Counted from the stretch's first letter, positions 1 to 10,146 are shown. The stretch is 64,000 bases of DNA from an uncultured Clostridia bacterium (GCA_964479735.1 CAYZNT010000009.1:41349-105348); one strand, 5' to 3'. Notes: a model not told the origin generated them from the letters alone. Translations and numbers: made by a program.

Positions 1-1698
1 AAGAAGTCTCCGCGGCGAAGCTGGCCGTGCTGGATGAGCAGGGTGGCCATCGGGCCGAGCTGGGCGTCGTGACGCGCCTCGATGATGACGCCGCGCGCCG
101 GGATCTCGGCGTAGGCTTTCAGTTCCTGCATCTGGGCCACCAGGTGGATCATCTCCAGCAGCTGGCCGAGGTTCTGGTTCAACTTGGCGGAGATGTCCAC
201 CGAAACGACGTCGCCGCCCCACTCCTCGACCAGGATGTTGTGCTTGGTCAGGGACTGCTTGACCCGGGTCGGGTCGGCGCCGGCGATGTCGATCTTGTTG
301 ACCGCGACGATGATCGGCACCTTGGCCGCCTGGGCGTGGTGGATGGCCTCGACGGTCTGGGGCTGCACGCCGTCGTTGGCGGCGACCACCAGCACCACGA
401 TGTCGGTCACCGAGGCGCCGCGGGCGCGCAGGTTGGTGAACGCCTCGTGGCCCGGGGTGTCAATGAAGACGACGTTCCCGTCGGTTCCGGGGAGCTTGTA
501 GGCGCCGATCTTCTGGGTGATGCCGCCGGCTTCCTTCTCGGCCACGCGGGTCTTGCGCAGGGTGTCCAGCAGGGTGGTCTTGCCGTGGTCGACGTGGCCC
601 ATCACCGTGACCACCGGGGGGCGGGGTTTCGGCTGGGCCTTGCGCCCCTCGATGGAGGTGCGGAACAGGTACTCCTCGTAGGGCAGAACCTCGACCTGGA
701 CGGCGATCTCCTGGGCGAGGCGGGCGAGGTCCTCCTGGCTCACGAACTGGTTGCTCTGGTAGTCCATGTGCAGCTGGCCCATCTTCTCTTCCAGAAAGCG
801 CAGCTTGCAGCCGAGCTTCTCGGCGATCTCGCGCGGGGTCACGTAGTCGGCCACCTGGATGGCGGCCGGCAGCTGCGGCGCCACCGTCTCCTTCGGCTTG
901 ACCGGGACGGCCGGGGCGCGCTTGTGGTAATCGGAGTGGCGGCTGCCGGACGGGCCGTGCATGCCGGGGCGGCGATGCGGCTCGTGCGCGCCAGGGCGGC
1001 GCATGTAGGGCGGAGGCGCCTTCTGCACCGGTTCCAGGCGGGATTTTTCCATTACCGGGGGGCGGGGCGGGGTGGGACGCGGGCCCGGCGGCGGGGTGGG
1101 AGCGGGAGGCTGGGCCGGCGGCCGGGGGGCGGTTTTGACCGGAGCGGCGGCGGCCGGGGTGGCGGGCTTCACCGTGGCGGGGGCTGATGGAGCGGGTGTA
1201 CTCGGGGTGGCGGGCTGGGGCTTGGCCTCCGCTGTCTTGGCGGCGGGCTGGGGCTTGGCCTCCGCTGTCTTGGCGGCGGGCTGGGGCTTGGCCTCAACTG
1301 CCTTGGCAGCGGGTTCGGCGGCCGGCTTCTCTTCTTCCGACGGCTTCTTCGCCGAAGCGGCGGGCTTGGCGGCCGGCTTGGCCGGCTCCTTGGGGGCGAC
1401 CTTGGCCGGCTCCTTTTCGGTCTCGGTTGGCGCTTCCTCCCCGGCGGCTTCGGCCTTCTTGTCTCCGGCTTTCTTCTTCGCCTGCTTTTTTTCCTTCTCG
1501 GCGGCGGCGAATGCGGCGTCCACCTTGGCGTACTTGGCCGGGGTCTCGGCGTACTCGCGCAGCGCTTCCAGCATGTCGGGGGTCAGCACCGACGAATGCG
1601 ATTTGACCGGCATGTCGAGCTTTTCGAGCAGGAACATGGCGAACTTGTTGGCGATCTTGAATTCCTTGGTCGCCTCGTGGAGTTTGATGGTGGACATG
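1..1698 (-). CDS. infB: Translation initiation factor IF-2 (partial; N-terminal about 565 aa, C-terminus beyond window start)
   Basis: Minus-strand translation reads [13 protein letters not shown]...[12 protein letters not shown]...DTPGHEAF...NKID, the IF-2 G-domain. GGAGGA RBS lies 5 nt upstream of the ATG at 1698. It sits immediately downstream of nusA, the classic nusA-infB order. The plus-strand ORF 27..1187 is its shadow. Confidence 0.92.
1206..1313. repeat. In-frame tandem repeat, 36 bp x 3, inside infB (encodes [11 protein letters not shown]-like units of the IF-2 N-terminal linker)
   Basis: Direct inspection: cggcgggctggggcttggcctccgctgtcttgg occurs three times consecutively. The third copy carries 3-4 substitutions. 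Confidence 0.85.
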
Positions 1699-1708
1699 CC
1701 GTGTCCTC

Positions 1709-2770
1709 CTAAGGTTTTTTCAGTGCGTCCCCGGTTCGCTCGGCGTTGCGGTTGGCGATCTGGATGTCCCAGCTGGTCAACTTGGAAGCCAACTTGATGT
1801 TGACGCCCTTCTTGCCGATGGCCGCCGACAGCGTCTCGTCCTTCACCGTCACCTCGGCCACCTGGTTGTCGCGGTCGATCAGGGTGACGCGCACGACCTC
1901 GGCCGGGGTCAGCGCCGAGGCGATGAAACGCTCCGGCGAGTTGCTCCAGGCGATGACGTCGATGCGCTCGCCGCGCAGCTCCTTGGTGATGGCCAGCACG
2001 CGGTTGCCGTTCATGCCGACGATGGCCCCGACCGGGTCGACCGTCTTGTCGGTGGAGTAGACGGCGACCTTGGTCTTGACCCCCGGTTCCCTCGAGATGG
2101 CGGCGACCTTGACGATGCCCTCGGCCACCTCGGGGACTTCCTTGCGGATCAGCTCCAGCACGAAATCGTTCATGTAGCGCGTGGCCAGGATGAGCGGCCC
2201 CTTGCCCTCAGGGAAGACCCGCTTGATCAGGAACTTGATGATTTCGCCGCGCTTGAAGGAGTCACGCGACGACAGCTCCTTGGGCGGCAGGATACCCTCC
2301 CCCAGCTCCAGGCCGAGGATGATGTTGCCGTTCTCGACGCGGCGGATCTCGCCCGACTGCAGGGTGCCGGTGAGCGGGAAGTATTTCATGTATATCTTCT
2401 GCTGCTCGGCCTTGAGCAGCTTCTGCAGGATGATCTGCTTGGCCGTCTGGGCGGCGATGCGGCCCAGCGTCTCGCCCGGCATGGAGATGCGGACCTCGTC
2501 GCCCTCCGTCGCCTTGGCGTCGTAGGTCAGGGCCTCTTTCCAGTGGATCTCGCTGAGCGGATCGGTCACTTCCTTGACCACCAGCTTGGTGATGTAGACC
2601 TGGATCTCGCCCTTGTTCTCGTCGATTTCCACCTGGACGTCGGTGCCGGGGTCGAAGTATTTCTTGGCGACGGCGAGGAGCGCTTCTTTAATGGCGGAGA
2701 AGAACACGTCGGGGTTGATGCCCCGTTCGCGGCTGATTTGCCTGATGCTTTTCAACAGTTCTTCTGCCAT
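1709..2770 (-). CDS. nusA: Transcription termination/antitermination factor NusA
   Basis: [18 protein letters not shown]... with S1/KH-like region [20 protein letters not shown]. Start is at the internal Met of the ORF 1709..2833. It directly precedes infB. Confidence 0.9.
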   Translation of the reverse strand: MAEELLKSIRQISRERGINPDVFFSAIKEALLAVAKKYFDPGTDVQVEIDENKGEIQVYITKLVVKEVTDPLSEIHWKEALTYDAKATEGDEVRISMPGETLGRIAAQTAKQIILQKLLKAEQQKIYMKYFPLTGTLQSGEIRRVENGNIILGLELGEGILPPKELSSRDSFKRGEIIKFLIKRVFPEGKGPLILATRYMNDFVLELIRKEVPEVAEGIVKVAAISREPGVKTKVAVYSTDKTVDPVGAIVGMNGNRVLAITKELRGERIDVIAWSNSPERFIASALTPAEVVRVTLIDRDNQVAEVTVKDETLSAAIGKKGVNIKLASKLTSWDIQIANRNAERTGDALKKP

Positions 2771-2860
2771 TGCGTGTCCTTGCGCGTTCCATCTGCAGCC
2801 CAACATTATATGGGATTTCGTCCCAAAAAGCAAGGGAGGGGGCGGAGGCCCCGGTACGAC

Positions 2861-3583
2861 CTAGGCCTCGGCCGCCGGATGGCTCCGCCAGGCGATGCGC
2901 GCGGAGGCGACGAAGAGGCGCACCCTGTCGCGGTCCTTGCGGCCGTCTGCCCCCTCCAGCCCGGTGTGCGCATCCACCCCGGCGGGCCGGACGGTTTCGA
3001 TGGCGGCGGTCACGTTTTCGGGGGTCAGGCCCCCGGCCAGGATCAACGGCCGAGGCGACAGCTCCCGCAGGCGCCGGCTGACCTCCCAGTCGTGGGTGCG
3101 GCCGGTGGCGCCGCGTGCGCCGCTGCGAGGGTCGTGGGTGTCGGTCAGGAAGGCGTCCACCAGCGGCGAAAGCCCGGCCACGGCCTCCTCCAGCTCGGTG
3201 AGGTTGGCTCCGTCCTCGCGCACGACCAGGCTGCGGATGATGAACAGGGCGGGGGCGCTGCGGCGCAGGCGGTCGATCTCGGCCGGGGGCGGGTCGCCGT
3301 GCAGTTGCACGGCGCGGCAGCCCACCGCCGCGCACAGGGCGAGGATCTCGTCGGCCTGCCGCTGGTAGGTGATGAGCACAGCGGCGCAGCGGGGCGGCAG
3401 GGCGCGCACCGCGATGGCCGCCCGGGCGTCGCTGATCTCGCAGCGGTGCCGTTCCGGCCTCAACGGCAGGCCGATCCAGTCGACGCCTTCCGCCGCCAGC
3501 AGGAGCGCCTCGCGCGGGTCGTGAATCCCGGCCACTTGAACCAGGCCATGGCGGGGCAGGGTGAGTTTGGGCATGCCGGACAT
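2861..3583 (-). CDS. trpF: Phosphoribosylanthranilate isomerase-like protein (TrpF/PRAI family)
   Basis: LVQVAGIHDPREALLLAAEGVDWIGL...ILAGGLTPENVTAAIETVRPAGVDAHTGLE matches the PRAI TIM-barrel signature. GGAGGTG RBS lies 9 nt upstream of the ATG at 3583. Confidence 0.7.
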   Translation of the reverse strand: MSGMPKLTLPRHGLVQVAGIHDPREALLLAAEGVDWIGLPLRPERHRCEISDARAAIAVRALPPRCAAVLITYQRQADEILALCAAVGCRAVQLHGDPPPAEIDRLRRSAPALFIIRSLVVREDGANLTELEEAVAGLSPLVDAFLTDTHDPRSGARGATGRTHDWEVSRRLRELSPRPLILAGGLTPENVTAAIETVRPAGVDAHTGLEGADGRKDRDRVRLFVASARIAWRSHPAAEA

Positions 3584-3652
3584 GTTATATTCCACCTCCG
3601 CCGGAGTTGGCAAGAGGGGCGGCGCACCGGCTTCCCCCGCGCAAACCTGCTA

Positions 3653-3681
3653 TTGACAATGGTATTGAATTGGGGTACAGT
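3653..3681 (+). promoter_or_regulatory. Sigma70-type promoter for hup (TTGACA, 17 bp spacer, TACAGT)
   Basis: TTGACA at 3653-3658 and TACAGT at 3676-3681 with exact 17-bp spacing. AGGAGG RBS follows, then the ATG at 3712. Confidence 0.6.
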
Positions 3682-3711
3682 ACCCTTTCCATTCTTTAGG
3701 AGGAACGGAGT

Positions 3712-3987
3712 ATGAACAAGATCGAGCTCGCCACCCGCATGGTCAAGGATTCCGACCTGACCAAGGTTGATGCGCTGAAAGTGGTCGATATGCTGGTCAC
3801 CATCGTTGGCGACACGCTGAAGAAGAGAGACGGCAAAGTCACCCTCGTCGGGTTCGGCACGTTCAAAACGATCGACAAGAAGGCCAAGGAAGGACGGAAC
3901 CCCAAGACCGGGCAGAAGATCCGGATCCCCAAGAAGCGCGTCCCCAAGTTCATCGCCGGCAAAGAACTGAAGGACAAGGTCAAGTAA
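3712..3987 (+). CDS. hup: HU family nucleoid-associated DNA-binding protein
   Basis: MNKIELATRMV...VTLVGFGTFKTIDKKAKEGRNPKTGQKIRIPKKRVPKFIAGKELK is the canonical HU/IHF fold sequence, 91 aa. Confidence 0.9.
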   Translation: MNKIELATRMVKDSDLTKVDALKVVDMLVTIVGDTLKKRDGKVTLVGFGTFKTIDKKAKEGRNPKTGQKIRIPKKRVPKFIAGKELKDKVK

Positions 3988-4008
3988 GCAGCCGTCACCC
4001 CGGAATGC

Positions 4009-4082
4009 AGGCGCGTAGCCCAGTTGGTTAGAGCGCTACCTTGACACGGTAGAGGTCGGCGGTTCGAGCCCGCCCGCGCCTA
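4009..4082 (+). tRNA. tRNA-Val (anticodon GAC)
   Basis: Manual cloverleaf. Acceptor is AGGCGCG/CGCGCCT. D-arm is GCCC-AGTTGGTTA-GAGC. Anticodon stem CTACC/GGTAG has loop TTGACAC. T-arm is GGCGG-TTCGAGC-CCGCC. Discriminator is A. CCA is not encoded. Confidence 0.85.
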
Positions 4083-4096
4083 TTCCCCATCCTGCC

Positions 4097-5950
4097 ATGG
4101 CCAAAGAAAAGCCGGTACTTCTCAGCGTCAACGGCGAGTTGCGCGACGTCGGCGCGCCCGTCCAGCCCGCGGACGATGTCCGCGAGGTGCCGGCCGGCGC
4201 CCCCGAGGCGCTGGACGTCTTCCGCCACTCCTGTTCCCACCTGCTGGCCCACGCGGTCACGGATCTGTTCCCCCAGGCCCAGTACGGCATCGGGCCGGCA
4301 GTCGAAAACGGCTTCTATTACGATTTCCTGGTTCCCGCCCCGTTCACTCCCGATGATCTTCAGGCGATCTCCAAGAAGATGGCCGAGCTGGTGCGGCGCA
4401 ACCTTCCCGTCGAGCACCTCCGGTGGGAGCGCCAGCAGGCGCTCGACTATTTCGCCGGCCGCGGGCAGAACCTGAAAGTCGAGCTGATTCGCGAGAAGGT
4501 CAGCGAGGGGGAGGTCAGCGTCTACCGCCAGGGCGACTTCGTGGACCTGTGCCGGGGCCCGCACCTGCCCTCCACCGGCCTGCTGAAGCACTTCAAGCTC
4601 CTCTCGCTGGCGGCCGCATACTGGAAAGGCGACGAGAAAAGCCACTCCATGCAGCGCATCTACGGCACGGTCTTTCCCACCGCCGCCGCGCTCGACGCCC
4701 ATCTCGCCTTCCTGAAGGAGGCCAAGGAGCGCGACCACCGCACCCTGGGGCGCGTCCTCGACCTCTTCTCGCTGCAGGAAGAGGCCGGCCCCGGGCTGGT
4801 CTACTGGCATCCGCGCGGCGCGCGCATGCGCCACCTGATCGAGGAATACTGGAAGAAGCGCCACTACGAAGGGGGCTACGAGCTCCTCTACACCCCGCAC
4901 ATCGGGCGCGAGTGGCTGTGGCAGACCTCCGGGCACCTCGACTTCTACAAGGATTCGATGTATTCCCCGATGGACATCGACGGGCAGAACTATTACCTGA
5001 AGCCGATGAACTGCCCGTTCCACATCATGATCTTCAAGTCCTCCGGGCGCTCCTACCGCGATCTTCCCCTGCGCTGGGCCGAGCTCGGGACCGTCTATCG
5101 CTACGAGCGCTCGGGCACGCTGCACGGCCTGCTGCGGGTGCGCGGCTTCACCCAGGACGACGCCCACATCATCTGCACCCCGGATCAGATCGACGACGAG
5201 ATCCTGCGCGTGCTCGATTTCTCGCTCGACCTGCTCGGCGCCTTCGGCTTTCGCGACGTCAAGATCGAGCTGTCGGTGCGCGATCCCCAGAACCCCGGCA
5301 AGTACGCCGGTTCCGAGGCCATGTGGGTGCAGGCCGAGTCGTCGCTGGTGCGGGCGCTGGAGGCCCGCTCCGTCGCCTACGAGCGGATGGAGGGGGAGGC
5401 GGTCTTCTACGGCCCCAAGATCGACATCAAGATCCGCGACGCCCTGGGGCGCACCTGGCAGTGCACCACCATCCAGTTCGACTTCAACGAGCCGGAACGG
5501 TTCGACATGAAGTACACCGGCCCCGACGGCGCCGCGCACCGCCCCTACATGGTGCACCGGGCGCTGCTGGGCTCGATCGAGCGCTTCTTCGGCGTGCTGG
5601 TCGAGCACTACCGCGGGGCGTTCCCGCTCTGGCTGGCGCCGCTGCAGGTGCTGGTGGCCCCGCTCTCGGACGCCTACCTCGACTACGGCCGGCAGGTCCT
5701 CGACGGCCTGCAGCGGGCCGGGCTGCGAGCCAGCCTGGACGCCCGCAGCGAGGGGCTCAACCGAAAGATCCGCGACGCCGAAGTGCAAAAGGTCCCCTAC
5801 ATCGTCATCGTGGGCGAGCAGGAGAGGCAGCAGGGCAACATCGCGCTGCGCATCCACCGCCTGGGCGACCGGGGCAAGATGCCCCTGGCCGATTTCATAG
5901 CGAAGGTGAAACCATTGATCGAGGAGAAACGTGCAGCGTATGAGATTTGA
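4097..5950 (+). CDS. thrS: Threonyl-tRNA synthetase
   Basis: 617 aa with N-terminal TGS-like region, class II motifs (HRTLGRVLDLF, YRYERSG, FTQDDAHIIC) and C-terminal anticodon-binding domain. It heads the thrS-infC-rpmI-rplT-pheST order. Confidence 0.95.
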   Translation: MAKEKPVLLSVNGELRDVGAPVQPADDVREVPAGAPEALDVFRHSCSHLLAHAVTDLFPQAQYGIGPAVENGFYYDFLVPAPFTPDDLQAISKKMAELVRRNLPVEHLRWERQQALDYFAGRGQNLKVELIREKVSEGEVSVYRQGDFVDLCRGPHLPSTGLLKHFKLLSLAAAYWKGDEKSHSMQRIYGTVFPTAAALDAHLAFLKEAKERDHRTLGRVLDLFSLQEEAGPGLVYWHPRGARMRHLIEEYWKKRHYEGGYELLYTPHIGREWLWQTSGHLDFYKDSMYSPMDIDGQNYYLKPMNCPFHIMIFKSSGRSYRDLPLRWAELGTVYRYERSGTLHGLLRVRGFTQDDAHIICTPDQIDDEILRVLDFSLDLLGAFGFRDVKIELSVRDPQNPGKYAGSEAMWVQAESSLVRALEARSVAYERMEGEAVFYGPKIDIKIRDALGRTWQCTTIQFDFNEPERFDMKYTGPDGAAHRPYMVHRALLGSIERFFGVLVEHYRGAFPLWLAPLQVLVAPLSDAYLDYGRQVLDGLQRAGLRASLDARSEGLNRKIRDAEVQKVPYIVIVGEQERQQGNIALRIHRLGDRGKMPLADFIAKVKPLIEEKRAAYEI

Positions 5951-6509
5951 TCCGCGCCGGCCGGCCAAGAAGAAGAATCCGCACCGCATCAACGAGGAGA
6001 TCACCGCCCGCGAGGTGCGGTTGATCGACGAGAACAAGGAACAGGTGGGCATCGTGCCTGTCCCCCGTGCGCTCGAAATCGCGCGCGAACGGGAACTCGA
6101 CCTGGTCGAGATCTCGCCCGAGGCCGCCCCGCCGGTGTGCCGGTTGCTGGACTACGGAAAATTCCTCTACTCGCTGCAGAAGAAGGCGCACGAGGCGCAG
6201 CGCCACCAGCGAAAGATCCTGGTGAAGGAGATCAAGTTCACCCCGGTCATCGGCGGCCACGACGTCGACGTCAAGATGCGCAAGATCCGCGAGTTCCTGG
6301 AAGAGGGCAACAAGGTCAAGGTGACCGTCTGGCTGCGCGGCCGCCAGAAGCGCAAGCCGGAGATGCTCGAGGCCATGGTCGATCGCATCATGGTGGTTCT
6401 GAGGGAAATGGCCGAGATCGAGTCGCCCCCCAAGCGGGAGGGCTTTTTCTGTCATATCATGATTGGCGCAAAAAAAGGAGGAAAGGATGCCAAAACTGAA
6501 AACCCATAG
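5931..6509 (+). CDS. infC: Translation initiation factor IF-3 (probable GTG or other atypical start)
   Basis: ...[30 protein letters not shown]...[12 protein letters not shown]... The codon at 5931 is GTG and overlaps the thrS stop. An atypical start is usual for infC. Confidence 0.88.
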   Translation: MQRMRFDPRRPAKKKNPHRINEEITAREVRLIDENKEQVGIVPVPRALEIARERELDLVEISPEAAPPVCRLLDYGKFLYSLQKKAHEAQRHQRKILVKEIKFTPVIGGHDVDVKMRKIREFLEEGNKVKVTVWLRGRQKRKPEMLEAMVDRIMVVLREMAEIESPPKREGFFCHIMIGAKKGGKDAKTENP

Positions 6510-6687
6510 AGGCGCCGCCAAGCGATTCCGCTTCACCGCCAGCGGCAAGATCAAGCGCAGCAAGGCCTTCGGCAGGCACATCCTGACCAAGAAGAGCGCG
6601 AAGCGCAAGCGCGGCCTGAAGACGGCCACCTACGTGGTGAAGGAAGAGCGGCAGAAGGTCAAAGAGTATTTCCCCTACCCGAAATAG
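6487..6687 (+). CDS. rpmI: 50S ribosomal protein L35
   Basis: [24 protein letters not shown]... AAGGAGG RBS is present. It overlaps the infC 3' end. Confidence 0.92.
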   Translation: MPKLKTHRGAAKRFRFTASGKIKRSKAFGRHILTKKSAKRKRGLKTATYVVKEERQKVKEYFPYPK

Positions 6688-6715
6688 GCACGAGAGCACT
6701 TAACAGGAGGACATC

Positions 6716-7069
6716 ATGCCTCGCGTAACCCGTGGAAACAATCGACTGCAAAGACGGAAGAAGATACTGGCCCTGGCCAAGGGGTTCTGGGGCGGCAAGC
6801 GAAAGAACTACCGCGTGGCCAAGGAAGCCGTGGACAAGGCCCTGGAGTACGCGTACCGCGACCGCCGCGACCGCAAGCGGGACTTCCGCCGCCTGTGGAA
6901 CATCCGCATCAACGCCGCCGTGCGCCCCTACGACTTGAGCTACTCCGCCTTCATTCACGCCCTCGACCAGGCCAACGTCAGGCTCAACCGCAAGATGCTG
7001 GCCAACCTGGCCGCCACGGAGCCGGACGTCTTCCGCCAGATCATCGAGAAAGTAAAGCCCCAGGCATGA
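6716..7069 (+). CDS. rplT: 50S ribosomal protein L20
   Basis: MPRVTRGNNRLQRRKKILALAKGFWGGKRK... Confidence 0.95.
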   Translation: MPRVTRGNNRLQRRKKILALAKGFWGGKRKNYRVAKEAVDKALEYAYRDRRDRKRDFRRLWNIRINAAVRPYDLSYSAFIHALDQANVRLNRKMLANLAATEPDVFRQIIEKVKPQA

Positions 7070-8094
7070 GTGGAGGGCTGGCGCATGAGATCGAGGGGGT
7101 CCGCCGATCGTTCGCCGATGAGCTGAACCGCCTCCAATCTCAGAAAGGGCTGCTGCAGCTGCGGGAAACCTATCTCTCCCGCAAGAAGGGCGTCGTCTCC
7201 GCCCTGCTGATCCGGCTGCGCGAGCTGCCGCCCGAGGAACGGCCCGGGGCCGGGAAACTGATCAACGATTTGCGCGCCGAGGTCGAGGCCGGCCTGGAGG
7301 CCGCCTCCGGGCGTTTCGCCGCCGTGCGACGCGGACCCGACGCCACCCTGCCCGCCCCCCCGCGGCCCGGAGGGCGGCTTCACCTGCTGAGCGAGATCCG
7401 CCGCCAGATCGAGGAGATCTTCCTGCGCATGGGCTACGAGATCGCCCATGGTCCCCAGGTCGAGACCGAGGACAACAACTTCACGCTGCTCAACATCCCC
7501 GAGCACCATCCCGTCCGCGACGAGCACGACACCTTCTTCCTGGCCGGGCTGCCGCGTCGCATCCTGCGCACCCACACCTCGCCGGTGCAGGTCCGCTACA
7601 TGCTGAGCCACCCGCCGCCCATCCAGATCATTTCTCCGGGAATGACCTTCCGCAAGGACGACCCCGACCCGACCCATTCCCCGGTATTCCACCAGGTGGA
7701 GGGACTGCTGGTGGACCGCGGCATCCACTTCTCGCACCTCAAGGGGACGCTGGAAACCTTCATCCACGCCCTGTTCGGCACCCAGGTGAAGGTCCGTTTC
7801 CGCCCCGGCTTCTTCCCCTTCACCGAGCCGTCGGCCGAGGTGGACATGAGCTGTTTCCAGTGCGCCGGCCTCGACGCCGCCTGCCGGGTCTGCAAGGGCA
7901 AGGGCTGGATCGAGATCCTCGGCTCGGGCATGGTGCACCCGGCGGTGCTGGCCAACTGCGGCATCGACCCGGAGGTCTATTCCGGCTTCGCGTTCGGCAT
8001 GGGCATCGAGCGGGTGACCATGTTCAAGTACGGCGTGCCCGACCTGCGGCTGCTGTACGAAAACGACCTGCGCCTGCTCAGCCAATTCGGGTGA
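7066..8094 (+). CDS. pheS: Phenylalanyl-tRNA synthetase alpha subunit
   Basis: The internal ATG at 7066 (MSGGLAHEIEGVRRSFADELNRL) gives about 342 aa. Class II motifs FRKDDPDPTHSPVFHQVEG and GFAFGMGIERV are present. The upstream in-frame extension to 6895 lies inside rplT. Confidence 0.9.
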   Translation: MSGGLAHEIEGVRRSFADELNRLQSQKGLLQLRETYLSRKKGVVSALLIRLRELPPEERPGAGKLINDLRAEVEAGLEAASGRFAAVRRGPDATLPAPPRPGGRLHLLSEIRRQIEEIFLRMGYEIAHGPQVETEDNNFTLLNIPEHHPVRDEHDTFFLAGLPRRILRTHTSPVQVRYMLSHPPPIQIISPGMTFRKDDPDPTHSPVFHQVEGLLVDRGIHFSHLKGTLETFIHALFGTQVKVRFRPGFFPFTEPSAEVDMSCFQCAGLDAACRVCKGKGWIEILGSGMVHPAVLANCGIDPEVYSGFAFGMGIERVTMFKYGVPDLRLLYENDLRLLSQFG

Positions 8095-8097
8095 CCC

Positions 8098-10137
8098 ATG
8101 CGAATCCACGGCGGATACCTCAAGCGTTTCGTCAACTTCGCCGGCACCCCCGGCGAGCTGCGCGACCTGCTGGTCTCGGTGGGCATCGAAGTGGCCTCGG
8201 TCACGCCGCTTGACGGCGAGAATGCGGTGCTGGACATCGAGATCACCCCGAACCGCCCCGACTGGCTCTCGCACTGGGGGGTCGCCCGCGACCTGGCCGC
8301 CCGGATCCCCGGAGGCCGCCTCACCCTTCCCGACCTGCAGCCGCCGACCGAGACCGCCGCCGAGCGCTTCACCCTGGAGATCGAGGACCCGGCGGACTGC
8401 CCGCGCTTCACCGGCTGCCTGGTGAAAGACGTGGCCGTCGCTCCCTCGTCGCCGGCGCTGGTCCGCCTCCTGGAAGAGCTCGGCCAGCGGCCGATCAACA
8501 ACCTGGTCGACATCTCCAACCTGGTCATGCTCACCACCGGGCAGCCGCTCCACTTCTACGACCGCCGGCTGCTGCGCGGCGACACCCTGAGGGCGCGGCG
8601 CGCCGTGGCCGGCGAGCGGGTGATCCTGCTCGACGGCACCGCCCTCGACGTCGGCCCGGCCCACCTGGTCATCGCCGATGCCGAGCGCCCGGTCGGCCTG
8701 GCCGGCATCATGGGCGGGCTGGATACCGGCGTCAGCCCATCCACCCGCGACCTGTTCATCGAGTGCGCCGCCTTCGCCCCGACCGTCATCCGCCGCACCG
8801 CCCGGGGCGGAAACCTGCGCACGGAAGCGTCCTACCGCTACGAGCGCGGCTGCGACGTCGGCATCACCCCCCGGGCCGTGGCCCTGGCGCTGCAGTGGAT
8901 CGAAACGGAGACCCGCCAACCGGCGCGGGTCACCTGGTACCGTGACCTGTGGCCGCGCCCGACCCGGGCGGCGCCCATCCGGCTGGCCAAGGGGTACCCG
9001 GCGGCGTACATCGGCATCGAGTTGAAGCCCGACCGGGTGGAGGACATCCTGCGCCGGCTGGGCTTCGACGTTCAGGACCGGGGCGACGCCTGGGAGGTCA
9101 CGGCCCCGACTTTCCGGGTCGACATCTCGGTGAAGCAGGACCTGGTCGAGGAGGTCGCCCGCCTGCACGGCTACGACAAGCTGGGCTCGGCCATGCCGCC
9201 GATCGTCGGCCGGGGCGGCTTCGATCGCGGCCGCGACCGGCACCTGCTCATCAAGCAGCACCTGGCCTCGACCGGGTTCCACGAGGCCATCAACTACGCC
9301 TTCCAAAGCCCCGGCGAGAACCGCCTGTTCTCGCCGCCGGAGAACGCCTTCGTCGGGATCCAGAACCCGCTGGGCAGCGATTTTTCGGTGCTGCGCAACT
9401 CCCTGCTGGGCGGCCTGCTGCGCAACACCGCCCACAATCTCCACCAGGGGGCCGCGCAGGTGTGCCTGTTCGAGACGGGCAAGACCTTCGACCCCGGGCC
9501 CGACGGGCCCCGGGAGACGGAGCGGCTGGCCGTCATCGCCAGCGGCGATCTCGGTCGGGCCGACTGGCGCACCCCCCGCCAGGAGTTCGACATATTCGCC
9601 TTCAAGTCGATTCTCGGCTCGCTGCTGTCGAGGCTGGGCATCGATTCCGATCTCGCCCTCGCCGCGCCCTGTCCCGGCTATGCCGCCGATGCCTGCTTCC
9701 GGGTCCTCGTCGCTGGCCGCGACGCCGGCCGGGCCGGCCGGCTGGACGACGCGGCCGGGGCCTTCTTCCGTATCACCCAGCCCGTTTTTGCGGCGGAGCT
9801 GGAGCTGGCGCCGCTGCTGGCGGCCGGCCGCGAGCCGTGGTTCGCGCCGTGGAGCGTGTTCCCCGCCACCCGCCGCGATTTTTCCTTCCTGATCCGCGAC
9901 GATGTGGCCTACGAGCAGCTGCAACGGGCGATCGAAAGAGAGAAGCCGGCCGAGCTGGAGAGTTACGAGCTGATGGACCGGTTCGCCGGAGAGGCGGTCC
10001 CGCCCGGGACGGTCAGCCTGTCCCTGGCCTTCGTCTACCGTGCAAACGGGCGAACCCTGTCGGGCGACGAGGTCAACGACCTGCACCGGGCCCTGACCGC
10101 CCGGTTGTGCCACGCGCTGCAGCTGGTGCAGCGATAA
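8098..10137 (+). CDS. pheT: Phenylalanyl-tRNA synthetase beta subunit, short form lacking the N-terminal OB-fold tRNA-binding domain
   Basis: 679 aa. B3/B4, B5 and FDX-ACB-like regions are recognisable. The N-terminus runs straight from ...GIEVASVTPLDGENAVLDIEITPNRPDW, whereas E. coli PheT carries an about 150 aa OB-fold insertion at this point. Confidence 0.88.
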   Translation: MRIHGGYLKRFVNFAGTPGELRDLLVSVGIEVASVTPLDGENAVLDIEITPNRPDWLSHWGVARDLAARIPGGRLTLPDLQPPTETAAERFTLEIEDPADCPRFTGCLVKDVAVAPSSPALVRLLEELGQRPINNLVDISNLVMLTTGQPLHFYDRRLLRGDTLRARRAVAGERVILLDGTALDVGPAHLVIADAERPVGLAGIMGGLDTGVSPSTRDLFIECAAFAPTVIRRTARGGNLRTEASYRYERGCDVGITPRAVALALQWIETETRQPARVTWYRDLWPRPTRAAPIRLAKGYPAAYIGIELKPDRVEDILRRLGFDVQDRGDAWEVTAPTFRVDISVKQDLVEEVARLHGYDKLGSAMPPIVGRGGFDRGRDRHLLIKQHLASTGFHEAINYAFQSPGENRLFSPPENAFVGIQNPLGSDFSVLRNSLLGGLLRNTAHNLHQGAAQVCLFETGKTFDPGPDGPRETERLAVIASGDLGRADWRTPRQEFDIFAFKSILGSLLSRLGIDSDLALAAPCPGYAADACFRVLVAGRDAGRAGRLDDAAGAFFRITQPVFAAELELAPLLAAGREPWFAPWSVFPATRRDFSFLIRDDVAYEQLQRAIEREKPAELESYELMDRFAGEAVPPGTVSLSLAFVYRANGRTLSGDEVNDLHRALTARLCHALQLVQR

Positions 10138-10146
10138 GGAGTGCCG

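Noticed and set aside
27-1187. 386-aa plus-strand ORF at the window start
   Set aside because: It is the antisense shadow of infB. The minus strand encodes an unmistakable IF-2 G-domain. The plus-strand product is low-complexity Gly/Arg/Asp-rich, as is typical of off-frame translation in high-GC DNA.
2771-2860. Missing rimP upstream of nusA
   Set aside because: I looked for a RimP ORF in the 90-bp gap and found none. The upstream gene is trpF-like. Absence of rimP at this position is a lineage feature, not an anomaly.
2543-3715. 390-aa plus-strand ORF and Arg-rich minus-strand ORF 2688..3335
   Set aside because: They overlap nusA and the trpF-like gene on the other strand and frames. No conserved motifs. 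They are shadow ORFs.
4009-4096. T-box or attenuator leader, or a tRNA-associated integration site, upstream of thrS
   Set aside because: The structured element is a complete tRNA-Val gene. There is no integrase, no direct repeat of the tRNA 3' end, and flanking genes are core housekeeping.
6895-7065. N-terminal extension of pheS to 399 aa
   Set aside because: The extension lies inside rplT in another frame. Conserved PheS begins at the ATG at 7066.
6955-10113. 1052-aa minus-strand ORF, plus similar giant ORFs at 4028..6052(-), 10552..12534(-), 12915..14378(-), 15464..17392(-), 17647..21324(-), 18462..21107(+), 29295..34145(-) and 50484..52631(-)
   Set aside because: All lie antisense or off-frame to well-supported conserved genes (pheST, thrS, rny, xseA, dxs, polA, the kinases and pstC). 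Their products are Arg/Gly/Ala/Pro-rich low-complexity sequence. They are GC-skewed shadow ORFs.
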